DNA of 64,000 nucleotides, taken from the NCBI GenBank assembly GCA_045544255.1, contig JAZPYP010000082.1:5347-69346 (forward strand), read 5' to 3'. This DNA is from Eubacteriales bacterium. GTDB taxonomy: Bacteria; Bacillota; Clostridia; Oscillospirales; QAKW01. Both the position numbers and the translations under genes were made by a program. Each line of letters opens with the position of its first letter. The stretch's first letter is position 1. The notes below the pieces were generated by a model that worked only from the letters and a program-made list of their open reading frames with translations, ran no database searches and was not told the DNA's origin. Of this stretch, positions 44,267 through 53,371 are shown in pieces.

Positions 44267-46477
44267 TTAATACATATAGGTTCCTTCGGAAACAGTTTCT
44301 TCTCTGCCATCGGGCAGGGAGATCTTAGCGGTGATGCCTTTTGGGATCTCGAAGCGATAGAGAACCCGCTCGCCCCGATATTCCCAATGGGAGAGGAGCT
44401 TCCCGAAGCGGGTTTCAATCGAGGCAGTGAGATGCCCGAGGCGCTCATCGGGAATGGGGGCGATCTTTACCTCCTCATAGGCAGGCTTTTCGATTTGAAT
44501 GCCTGCGGCCTTGCCGAAGATCCAATCGAATACCGCGCCATAGGCATAATGGTTATAGGAATTCATATCGGTGCTCCAGAAGGAGCCATCTTCCTTGATG
44601 CCATCCCAATGCTCCCACATGGTGGTGGCGCCTTGCTTGACCGAGAAGAGCCAGGAGGGGAAGGTCTCCTGCAGAAGAAGGTCATAGGCAAGCTTCTCGT
44701 AGCCGTTATCGGAGAGGGCATGGAGAAGATACGGGGTGCCCACAAATCCGGTGGTGAGATGGGTGCCATTGGCAATCACCATCTCGGCAAGCTGCTTGGC
44801 AAGGCCTTCGCGATCCTTTTCCTCGCAGAGGCCGAAATGGAGCATCAATACCCTTGCGGTCTGGGTATCGGGGTTCACCACAGGCGGTTCCCTGCGGGGA
44901 TAGGTATTCTTCAGGGCATCGCCCTTCACTGCGGGTGCGCCGTTCTCGATAAAGCACTCTCGGAATTTGGCTACCACATTTTTATAGAGCTTCTTATATT
45001 CGCTCATATCCTCTCCCAGCACCTCCCCTGCTTTTACAAGCAGGGAGCAGGAATAGGCAAAGAAGGCGGTAGCGATCATATGGGTGGGAGTGGCGCCCAT
45101 ATAGATGCCATCCCCTGCATCCATGGCCAGCCAATCGCCATAGTGAACACCATCCAGCCATAAAAACTCCTCTGAGCCTGCGCCATGGATATAATCCACC
45201 CATTTTTTCATCATGGGGAAATGCTCCCGCAACAGTTCTTGATTGCCATAGGCCCGATAGATCTCCCAGGGGCAGATGCAAGCGGCATCCCCCCAGGCGG
45301 CAGAGATACGGGTGCTCCCTTTTTTCAACGCGAGGGGCACAACCCCCTCCACCTCGCCGCCCTCCCATTGATCGGCGGCCACATCTCCAAGCCATTTTTT
45401 GAAGAATTTTTCAACGTTATAATTAATGGCGGCAGTGCGGCAGAAAACTTGGGCATCCCCCGTCCAGCCAAGGCGCTCATCCCTTTGAGGGCAATCGGTG
45501 GGGATATCAAGATAATTGCTCTTCTGCCCCCAGATAATATTATGATAAAGCTGATTGATGAGAGCATTGCCGCAATGGAAATCGCCGGTGCGCTTCAGAT
45601 CGGAATGAACCACCACCGCGGTGAAGCTCTCCGGCCCGATCTCCGCAGGGCTCTCCAGGATCCGCACATAGCGGAAGCCATAGAAGGTGAAATGAGGGGC
45701 AAGAGTTTCCCGCTCACCGCTTAAGATAAATTTGGCATAGGTCTTGGCAGAGCGGTAGTTCTCATTATAGAAATTCCCCTCTTTATCCAGCACCTCGCCA
45801 TGATCAAAGGCGATTACATCGCCCTTCTTGCCCTTTACCGCAAGCTCAACCCAGCCGGTCATATTCTGGCCGAAATCCAGAACACGCTCGCCCTTGGGAG
45901 TAAGGATCACTTCAATGGGTTTGAGCCGCTCCTGAGGCTTGATCCACTCCCCCACTTGGGGGATCACAGGATAGCTTTTCTCCGAAAGCTCCGCCTTGCC
46001 AAGGCGCTGCGGCACCAGAGTTCCATCCCAGATCTCGCCGTTATAAATATCGGTAGAGATCGCAGGATGGGTATAGCAATCCCAGCTTTCATCGGTCTCG
46101 ATGGTTTCCTTGGAGCCATCGGCAAAAAAGGCGGTAAAGGCAGCGGCAGTGCGCACCCGATCATCATAAAAATGAGTTTGACCCTTATAGCCGATGGAGC
46201 CCACTGCCCAGCCCTGCCCTACTTCGATGGCAACGGTATTGCTCTCCTTGATGGCTTCGGTGATATCATAAGTTTGCGCCTGAATCCGATGGTAATAGGA
46301 AGTCCAACCGGGAGTCAGCACCTGCTCCCCAATCTTCTTTCCGCCCACCAAAAGGTTATAAATACCCATAGCTGTAACGGTGGCCTCCACCCTTTGGGGC
46401 TCTTTGGAAAACTTCAGCTCCTTTTGAAAATAAACAGCGGCCACGCCGGTATCCTTGCATGCTTTAATCCAATTCAT
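44267..46477 (-). CDS. GH78 alpha-L-rhamnosidase
   Basis: AGGGAGG RBS. Signature DIPTDCPQRDERLGWTGDAQVF, and the (alpha/alpha)6 region with ATTMWEHWDG. No signal peptide. Confidence 0.8.
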   Translation of the reverse strand: MNWIKACKDTGVAAVYFQKELKFSKEPQRVEATVTAMGIYNLLVGGKKIGEQVLTPGWTSYYHRIQAQTYDITEAIKESNTVAIEVGQGWAVGSIGYKGQTHFYDDRVRTAAAFTAFFADGSKETIETDESWDCYTHPAISTDIYNGEIWDGTLVPQRLGKAELSEKSYPVIPQVGEWIKPQERLKPIEVILTPKGERVLDFGQNMTGWVELAVKGKKGDVIAFDHGEVLDKEGNFYNENYRSAKTYAKFILSGERETLAPHFTFYGFRYVRILESPAEIGPESFTAVVVHSDLKRTGDFHCGNALINQLYHNIIWGQKSNYLDIPTDCPQRDERLGWTGDAQVFCRTAAINYNVEKFFKKWLGDVAADQWEGGEVEGVVPLALKKGSTRISAAWGDAACICPWEIYRAYGNQELLREHFPMMKKWVDYIHGAGSEEFLWLDGVHYGDWLAMDAGDGIYMGATPTHMIATAFFAYSCSLLVKAGEVLGEDMSEYKKLYKNVVAKFRECFIENGAPAVKGDALKNTYPRREPPVVNPDTQTARVLMLHFGLCEEKDREGLAKQLAEMVIANGTHLTTGFVGTPYLLHALSDNGYEKLAYDLLLQETFPSWLFSVKQGATTMWEHWDGIKEDGSFWSTDMNSYNHYAYGAVFDWIFGKAAGIQIEKPAYEEVKIAPIPDERLGHLTASIETRFGKLLSHWEYRGERVLYRFEIPKGITAKISLPDGREETVSEGTYMY

Positions 46478-47237
46478 TTTGAACCTCCCTAATCATTTTT
46501 AAAAGGCTATTTTTCACCTTTTCTCCCGCCACCAAGACAGAGCTCGGCTTGCGGGGATCAAGGGGCGCGCCTCTCCAATCGGAAACGGTTGCCCCTGCCT
46601 CCTTTGCAATCAGCATTCCTGCCGCAAAATCCCAAGGTTGCAGGATGCCCTCCAGCATGGCGCCTGTCCGCCCTGCGGCGGCATAGACCATGGCCAGAGC
46701 GGCGCTGCCGATGCGGCGCATATCCCCTGCCCGCAGGATCAGCTCTTCGGTCATTCGGCCAACCTCTTTGGCCCGATCCTTATAATAGGGCATGGTCCCC
46801 AGATCAATGATGGCATTTTGGAATTCCACTTCGTTATCGGCATGGATCGGCGCTCCGTTGCAAAAGGCGCCCTTGCCTGCTTGCGCCGAAAAAAGCTCTT
46901 CGGTGAAGGGATTATAAACCGACCCAAAGACCACCTCTCCCTCTTGGAAAAGAGCAAGGGAGATGGCGCTTTGGTGATAATGGGTGATAAAATTGGCAGT
47001 ACCGTCGATGGGATCCAAAATCCATAAGGGCTTTTTATAATCGGGGGCATTTTCCTGCTCCTCGCTCATAAAACCATAATCGGGATAGAGGGCAAGGAGC
47101 CCTTTTTTTATAAATTCCTGCACCGCCACATCTGTTTCGGTTACGAAATTGCTTCGCCCCTTTACCGAGACCGCAGCCCGATTGCAATTTACCATCAGCG
47201 CTGCAGCAGAGCGCATCAATTCAATTACTTTTTCCAT
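46464..47237 (-). CDS. Inositol monophosphatase family protein
   Basis: FVTETD, WILDPIDGTANF and WDFAAG motifs. Its 3' end overlaps the GH78 start by 14 nt. Confidence 0.8.
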   Translation of the reverse strand: MEKVIELMRSAAALMVNCNRAAVSVKGRSNFVTETDVAVQEFIKKGLLALYPDYGFMSEEQENAPDYKKPLWILDPIDGTANFITHYHQSAISLALFQEGEVVFGSVYNPFTEELFSAQAGKGAFCNGAPIHADNEVEFQNAIIDLGTMPYYKDRAKEVGRMTEELILRAGDMRRIGSAALAMVYAAAGRTGAMLEGILQPWDFAAGMLIAKEAGATVSDWRGAPLDPRKPSSVLVAGEKVKNSLLKMIREVQNELD

Positions 47238-47239
47238 TT

Positions 47240-50200
47240 TTATTTCCCTTCCAAAAACCGAACGGTGGGGCCGGTCAGAAGCCCCATATCCTTCAGTTGA
47301 TATTCATAACTCCAGAATTCACCCTTGGTGCGCCAGCTATCGGGGCCATACCAACTATAGAGATCGGCGCAGTTATGGACGCAACCAAAGGTATTGAACC
47401 GATGACCAAAGAGGGTGATATGCAGGGTATGATGCCCCTTTTTGATCTTTTTCAACTTCAAAGTATAAGGAGAGAACGCCACAGGAGTGCCCTCCCGCTC
47501 ATCAATAGAAACCTTACAAAGAGCGCCGGCATATTTCCCGAGCATCACTTCCATATCGCAATCAACAGGCGCATCAATGGGCAGATGATAGGTGATATTG
47601 CCTCCATAGAAGGGCAGCCCTTGGCGGCAGATTCCGCCGAAGCCGATCTCCTTGGAAGGAGCAATGATGCAAATTTCAGTTCCCTGCACCCGAAGATCGA
47701 AATCCCCAAGGATAAAGCAGGGCTCCAAATTAGAGCGCTTGGCAAAGGGATAGGTGATCTCTAAAATATTGCGCCCCTTCTTAATAGCGGGCAGAGCCAC
47801 CTTTTTGATGGCTTCATCTACATACCAACCAATGCTTTCATTGGAAATTTCTTTCCCGTTCCAAAGAATGGTAGCCCGCTCGGCATCTTCCAAAGCAAGG
47901 GCTGCTGCCTTAAGGCGGATCTCGCTATAGATTTCATAGCGCAGGGAAACGGTATGCTCCGCGGGATCATCGGGAGTTACCCAAGGCTGGGCAAATTTTT
48001 CCATTCTGCCGGGGAACTGCAGAATTTCCCGAATGGCATTATCCGCCCGCAGAATTTCTTCCCTCGGCTGCCACTCCCCTTGATCCAAGCGATATTCCGC
48101 CAGATCCAGCAGCAATACATTCTCCTCTTCCCGCTCATAGGGCAAAAGCTGCTTAAAATCGCGGCTGCCATAGCAGAAAGGCTCTGCCTGCTGAGGAATA
48201 AACTCATGGTAATGGGGCGCAGAAAGCCGCAGCAGCAGGCTATCGGAATGGAAAAATTCATGGCTCACAATGGTCTTGCCGCCCACATGGCGGAAAGCCG
48301 CGGGGCGCACCTTGCCCGTAAGGGTATCATAAATATGAGGCTCCCATTCCCCTTGAAGGGTGATCTCCATCTTATCGCTTTGATGCTTTCCGTTATGGAT
48401 GCGCTGCTCCCGATGGCGAAGCATTCCCGGCTTTTTAAAGCGGGCAATAAAGAGCCATTGATCGGCGCCATCTTCTCTCAGCTGATAAAGGAAATTCTCG
48501 GCGGGCAGACCGCTCTGCAGCCGCAGATCCACCTTGCGGCAGCACTCCAGCGCATCGGTCAGGGCCAATTGATCAAAGGCGATCCGCTCGGCGCGCTTAT
48601 AAATCCCCTTGGCGGCATCGCTCTTGATCCCATCCACATGGGTAGGCTGCTCGCTCATAAAGATGACCTTGCCCCCTGCCTTCATGAATCTTTCAAGATA
48701 GGCAATGGTGGTGGCGCGCAGGGTTTTGCAATCGGGAACGATGATCGCATCATATTCCATCTCGCCCACCTTGCGGGGTTCCTCCTCCCTTGCAAGGGAG
48801 GGGAGCAAAGATTCATTGATAAAATTAAAATCTTGATGGCTTTCCAAAAGCCAATTGGTAACAGATGCGAAATTCTGATCCAATACCGCTCTTGCCTGAC
48901 CGGTCTGGTCATTGGGGCCGCATTGCAGCCAAAAGCTTTCAACCGGATGGATCAGCCCCACCCGCACAATAGGTTTTCCGCGGGTCAGGGCGGTATTGAG
49001 CCTTGCAAAATGATCCTCTAAATAAGGATATTCCTTATACCATGCCGATTGATAGAAGATGGAGGCGGGATAATCTCTTTTTGCCTCTCCCGCCATGCTC
49101 ATCCAGGAAAGATGAGGCACCCGCACAGTAACGCCAAGCGCCGCCTGCCAGTCCCCTTGAAATTTATGGCCGCGAAAATCGAAATCCCAGTTGGTAACGC
49201 CATAGAGTTCGGAAAGCATCGCCTCTTTGCCCATCTGATGAACCACCGATTGGCATTGCTTGGCAGTATTGAGCTCCACATTATCGCAAAGCATATCGAT
49301 CCCCGGAATGCCAAAGGAGCGATATTGGCGCATATTATCGCCGGTGGCAGGCACCTGATCATAAAGGAAGGCCTCCCGCAAAACATGGCCGGTCAGGGCA
49401 AGGCCATGATTTTCGCACCATTTTCCGCACTGATCGGAGAAGGCACGGGCAAAAAGCTCGGCGCAAAGATCATAATAGCGATATTTGATCTCGGAATCAC
49501 TGCCGTCGGCACAAAGCCAAAAGATCTCGGGCAGACGATCCAAGATATCCTCCCCATAGCGCTCCTCATATTTTTCTTCCCAGAAGCGGCTCCAGGCGGC
49601 CGCGATATCCTCGGTATCCTTTGCCCGATCGGCATAGAGCTTTTTGCGGCACATAAAATTAGGCTCATCGGTAAAGATGGCAGGAACAACCCCATCAAAT
49701 TCCTCCCCCACCGCTTTATCATAAGCATCATAGGTGATCTCAATAAACCGCTGCATCGTCTCCTCATCCATGGTATCGGGATAAGCTTGATTATTGAACC
49801 AAGGCTCATCGGCGGCGGTTTCCACCGTTGCATACCATTTTTGCCCCTTGGCTTCCTCCTCCATCCCGATTTTGCAGTAGGAGGTCATCTTCCCCTGCTC
49901 ATCCAGAACGATATCGTAAGCCCCCAGATAATAGGGCTTGCCTTCATTATATGCTTGCTCCTTATCGGTAAGGGCAACAGGGCGCGAGATGCTGAATTTT
50001 AAATTCTTCAGGCGGTATTTTTTCTCTTTGGTGAGATAGCCGCCTGCAGCACCGCTGGCCCAGCGATCTTCATCATAAAGCCAAGCCAACATCCCTTCGC
50101 TCTTGGCCTTCTCGGCGCAAGTCTTGATATGCCCCATAAAATCCTCGCCGAGATACTTGGTGGCCATCCCAACGCGGGAATGCATATGGAAGCCGCCGAA

Positions 50201-50353
50201 GCCCATCTCTTTAAAATAATCGATCTGGCGCAAAATCTGCTCCCGATCCAGCTTGCAGTTCCAAGCCCAAAAAGGAGCGCCGCGGTATTCGGCGGTTGGC
50301 TTTTGGAAAAGATCCATATCCAATTCGGGCCCTTTATTTTTCTTATATAGCAT
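47240..50353 (-). CDS. Large cytoplasmic glycoside hydrolase, GH106-like (alpha-L-rhamnosidase-type) - family tentative
   Basis: 1037 aa with a GGGAGGGTGA RBS and no signal peptide. N-terminal pattern YRGAPFWAWNCKLDREQILRQIDYFKEMGFGGFHMHSRVG...AWLYDEDRWASGAAGG resembles the Glyco_hydro_106-type proteins I recall. GH78 neighbour. Confidence 0.5.
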   Translation of the reverse strand: MLYKKNKGPELDMDLFQKPTAEYRGAPFWAWNCKLDREQILRQIDYFKEMGFGGFHMHSRVGMATKYLGEDFMGHIKTCAEKAKSEGMLAWLYDEDRWASGAAGGYLTKEKKYRLKNLKFSISRPVALTDKEQAYNEGKPYYLGAYDIVLDEQGKMTSYCKIGMEEEAKGQKWYATVETAADEPWFNNQAYPDTMDEETMQRFIEITYDAYDKAVGEEFDGVVPAIFTDEPNFMCRKKLYADRAKDTEDIAAAWSRFWEEKYEERYGEDILDRLPEIFWLCADGSDSEIKYRYYDLCAELFARAFSDQCGKWCENHGLALTGHVLREAFLYDQVPATGDNMRQYRSFGIPGIDMLCDNVELNTAKQCQSVVHQMGKEAMLSELYGVTNWDFDFRGHKFQGDWQAALGVTVRVPHLSWMSMAGEAKRDYPASIFYQSAWYKEYPYLEDHFARLNTALTRGKPIVRVGLIHPVESFWLQCGPNDQTGQARAVLDQNFASVTNWLLESHQDFNFINESLLPSLAREEEPRKVGEMEYDAIIVPDCKTLRATTIAYLERFMKAGGKVIFMSEQPTHVDGIKSDAAKGIYKRAERIAFDQLALTDALECCRKVDLRLQSGLPAENFLYQLREDGADQWLFIARFKKPGMLRHREQRIHNGKHQSDKMEITLQGEWEPHIYDTLTGKVRPAAFRHVGGKTIVSHEFFHSDSLLLRLSAPHYHEFIPQQAEPFCYGSRDFKQLLPYEREEENVLLLDLAEYRLDQGEWQPREEILRADNAIREILQFPGRMEKFAQPWVTPDDPAEHTVSLRYEIYSEIRLKAAALALEDAERATILWNGKEISNESIGWYVDEAIKKVALPAIKKGRNILEITYPFAKRSNLEPCFILGDFDLRVQGTEICIIAPSKEIGFGGICRQGLPFYGGNITYHLPIDAPVDCDMEVMLGKYAGALCKVSIDEREGTPVAFSPYTLKLKKIKKGHHTLHITLFGHRFNTFGCVHNCADLYSWYGPDSWRTKGEFWSYEYQLKDMGLLTGPTVRFLEGK

Positions 50354-50462
50354 AAATTCACCCTCCCATATTTTAGATGGTTTCGCTTCTTGACATCATT
50401 ATATAATGAATGCTATAATAAAAACAACAGTTGAGATTGACAAAATAGGGGGTGAATTTGTC

Positions 50463-51341
50463 ATGAATGAACCCAAGAGCATGGAACGCCATACCAAACG
50501 CTTCCAAAAGCTTCAGGAAGAAAAAATCCTCATGACCACCTGCTCCGATTCAAGAAGCGCCTCTCACGACCATGATTTTTTAGAGCTTACATATGTAGTG
50601 CAGGGAAGAGCCACCCATGTTTTTGGGGAGGAAACCTCCATTATCGGGCAGGGCGATTATTTCATAGTGGACTATGGAGTGCGCCATGAATATACCCAGA
50701 TCGGCACTACTCCCTTCACAGTGATCAACTGCCTCTTTCTTCCCCGCCTGATCGATGAAACCCTTGATCGCTGCCGCAGCTTCCAGGAGCTTGCGGAAAA
50801 CTATCTGATCAAATTCAACTATCGCAATTTAAGCGATCGCCCCACCCGCCTGATTTATCATGACAACGATGAGCGGATCGGCAGGCTCATTAAATCCCTT
50901 TCCCAAGAATATAATGAAAAAAGGCCGGGGCATCAAGAGATGATGCGCTGCCAGCTTATCGAGATCCTGATCGATACCATGCGCAAGCTTCTGCTTCCTG
51001 CAGAGCCAAGCGGCAATGAATTGGTGCAATATATTATTGATCAAATTGAGCGGCGCTTTATGGAGCGGCTCTCTTTAGGGGAACTGGCGCAGAAATGCTG
51101 CTATTCTCTGGCCTATGTCAGCAAACGGTTCAAGGAAGAAACGGGGCTGACCTTTCAAAATTATCTTCAGCGCACCCGCATTCGGGAAAGTTGCCGCCTC
51201 TTGGCCAATACATCGAAAAAAATTGCTGAAATTGCCGAGCTGGTCGGCTATTCCGATCCGAAATTTTTCAACGAAGTTTTTAAAAACCATATGGGCATGA
51301 CCCCAAGAGAATTCAAGCATAAGAAAGGAACCCCCCAATGA
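50463..51341 (+). CDS. AraC-family transcriptional regulator (cupin plus HTH)
   Basis: Start re-set to the ATG at 50463 (GGGGGTGA RBS). Cupin region HDHDFLELTYVVQG. C-terminal AraC HTH ending YSDPKFFNEVFKNHMGMTPREF. Stop overlaps the next start (ATGA). Confidence 0.8.
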   Translation: MNEPKSMERHTKRFQKLQEEKILMTTCSDSRSASHDHDFLELTYVVQGRATHVFGEETSIIGQGDYFIVDYGVRHEYTQIGTTPFTVINCLFLPRLIDETLDRCRSFQELAENYLIKFNYRNLSDRPTRLIYHDNDERIGRLIKSLSQEYNEKRPGHQEMMRCQLIEILIDTMRKLLLPAEPSGNELVQYIIDQIERRFMERLSLGELAQKCCYSLAYVSKRFKEETGLTFQNYLQRTRIRESCRLLANTSKKIAEIAELVGYSDPKFFNEVFKNHMGMTPREFKHKKGTPQ

Positions 51342-52468
51342 AAAAGATTATTTGTTTTGTTTTAGCCCTTCTGCTCCTTTGCCCCACTGCTTTTGCCGCA
51401 AAGGACCTCACCTTTTCCTTTTCGGAAGCCCAAGGCGAAGTGGGCGATACTGTAACCATCGTGGCCTCCTCCAAGGGAGCGCCCCTTGCCTGCTCTTATA
51501 AATTGGTATTGGTTTATGATACCAAGGTTTTAAAGCCCGTTAAGGTAACCAAGCTTGAATCCGAAGGGTTCTTCATGAGCAATCTGGAAGCCACCTATGA
51601 AGGCAAAGCCGCTGTTAATGCCCTGACCGCTTCTGCCACCAAGGCCTTTGAGGGGGATTGCGATCTCTTCTCGGTAAGCTTCGAGATCCTTGCAAAGCCC
51701 GACGGTGGAAAATCGGTGATCGATATTCCCTATTATGAATGCTACGACGGGGATCTTAAAATGCTGGATGCCGCCTTTGATGAATGCAGCGTTAAGGTTG
51801 GAAAGGCTGCAGGCAATGATGCCCCCGATGAGAATACCGGCAAGGACCCTGCCCCCGATGAAAACACCGGCGAGGGAGCAGGCGGAAAAGATCCTTCCGA
51901 TACCAATAACAATACCGATACCAATACCGGCAAGGATCCTGCAACCGATAATAATACCACCGGTAACGATACCGCAACCGATAATAACACCAACGGCAAC
52001 GATACCGCAACCGATAATAACACCACCGGTAACGATACTGCAACCGATAATACCGGCAGCGGTACTGCAACCGGCGATCCTTCCGCCGAAAGCGATAAAG
52101 CCGAGAGCGATAAAGAGCCCGCCGGAAAATGGGAAGTTTTTGAAAAAACCGAAGAGATCACCTATTCGGAAAATGGAAATATCGATATCTTCAAGGGCGA
52201 ATTTATCCGCGACGAAGAAGATAAACTGACCGATATTAAGCTTTATGATGAAGAGGGCAAGCCTGCAGGCAGCCTCAAGGTGGAAGAAAAAGAAGATGGC
52301 ACCATCGAGGTGATCGAGCATCGCGCAGAAGATACCGATCAGCCCTTCAACCATTTATATTGGATCATTCCCGCAGCTATTTTGCTGATTGCAGGCGGTG
52401 TTGCGGCATTTATGATCATGAATAATAAGCAAAGCGAAAAAAAGAAAGAGGAGGAAATTGAAGAATGA
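51338..52468 (+). CDS. Surface protein with N-terminal signal peptide, single cohesin-like module, T/D/N/G-rich low-complexity linker and C-terminal transmembrane anchor
   Basis: Signal peptide MKKIICFVLALLLLCPTAFA. Residues ~22-165 follow the cohesin beta-sandwich pattern (GDTVTIVASSKG...YKLVLVYDTKVLKPVKV...DLFSVSFEILAKPDGGKSVIDI...CSVKVG). C-terminal helix YWIIPAAILLIAGGVAAFMIM followed by a charged tail. Cohesin call by pattern only. Confidence 0.6.
   Translation: MKKIICFVLALLLLCPTAFAAKDLTFSFSEAQGEVGDTVTIVASSKGAPLACSYKLVLVYDTKVLKPVKVTKLESEGFFMSNLEATYEGKAAVNALTASATKAFEGDCDLFSVSFEILAKPDGGKSVIDIPYYECYDGDLKMLDAAFDECSVKVGKAAGNDAPDENTGKDPAPDENTGEGAGGKDPSDTNNNTDTNTGKDPATDNNTTGNDTATDNNTNGNDTATDNNTTGNDTATDNTGSGTATGDPSAESDKAESDKEPAGKWEVFEKTEEITYSENGNIDIFKGEFIRDEEDKLTDIKLYDEEGKPAGSLKVEEKEDGTIEVIEHRAEDTDQPFNHLYWIIPAAILLIAGGVAAFMIMNNKQSEKKKEEEIEE
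51941..52070 (+). repeat. In-frame 33-bp tandem repeat (about 3.8 units) encoding ATDNNT(T/N)GNDT in the cohesin protein linker
   Basis: Units start at 51941, 51974, 52007 and 52040 (GCAACCGATAATAA[T/C]ACCA[C/A]CGG[T/C]AACGATAC[C/T]). Confidence 0.85.
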
Positions 52469-53370
52469 AAAAATATCCCTTATTGATCCGCTATATTCCC
52501 AAAACCGCTCTTTGGGGCGGCACCAAGCTGCACGCCCGCTATCAAAAGGAAGCCCCCTTTGAAAAGATCAGCGAAACCTGGGAGCTTTCGGTGCGGGAGC
52601 AGGATGATTGCCTCATTCGCAACGGCGAATATGAAGGCATGGCCCTCGGCGCATATCTGGGCGATGCCCATAAACCCTTCCCCCTCCTCATTAAATTTAT
52701 TGATGCCAACGATAAGCTTTCGGTGCAGGTGCATCCCGACGATGCCTATGCCGCGCTGGACAATGATCTTGGCAAGACCGAGATGTGGTATATTCTGGAA
52801 GCCGATGAAGGCGCCAACCTGATCTATGGCCTCAAAGAAGGCGCCACCGCCGATGATTTCAAGGCCGCAGTCAAGGAAGGCCGGATCGAAGAGGTGCTCA
52901 ATCATCAGCCTGTTAAGAGCGGGGAAACCTATTTCATCCCTGCAGGGATGGTGCATGGCATCGGCAAGGGGATCTTGGTGGCCGAAATTCAGCAGAGCAG
53001 CGATCTTACCTATCGGGTTTATGATTATGATCGCAGAGATGCCGCCGGCAACCTGCGGGAGCTTCATGTGGAAAAAGCCATGGCAGTTACCCGCCCCTTC
53101 ACCGAAGAAGATATCAACGCAGTGCGCTATGCCAAGGGCAAAGAAGGCCTTGCCAACTGCCCCTATTTCTTCACCGATAAGAAGAGCGCACCCTTCAAGG
53201 GTGAGACCAAAGAATATGAAATTCTGCTCTTTATCTCCGGCAGCGGCGAGATCCTCTTCGAGGATCAGCGGATCTCGGTAAAGGCCGGCGATTGCTGCTT
53301 CCTGCCCGATGAGATGGGCGCTTATGAAGTTGTTGGCGAGACCGATTTCCTCTTTGTGAAGGAGAACTAA
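52465..53370 (+). CDS. manA: Type I mannose-6-phosphate isomerase
   Basis: LLIKFIDANDKLSVQVHPDD, EMWYILEA, and IPAGMVHGIG plus VAEIQQSSDLTYRVYDYDR motifs. ATGA overlap with the cohesin gene. Confidence 0.8.
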   Translation: MKKYPLLIRYIPKTALWGGTKLHARYQKEAPFEKISETWELSVREQDDCLIRNGEYEGMALGAYLGDAHKPFPLLIKFIDANDKLSVQVHPDDAYAALDNDLGKTEMWYILEADEGANLIYGLKEGATADDFKAAVKEGRIEEVLNHQPVKSGETYFIPAGMVHGIGKGILVAEIQQSSDLTYRVYDYDRRDAAGNLRELHVEKAMAVTRPFTEEDINAVRYAKGKEGLANCPYFFTDKKSAPFKGETKEYEILLFISGSGEILFEDQRISVKAGDCCFLPDEMGAYEVVGETDFLFVKEN

Positions 53371-53371
53371 A

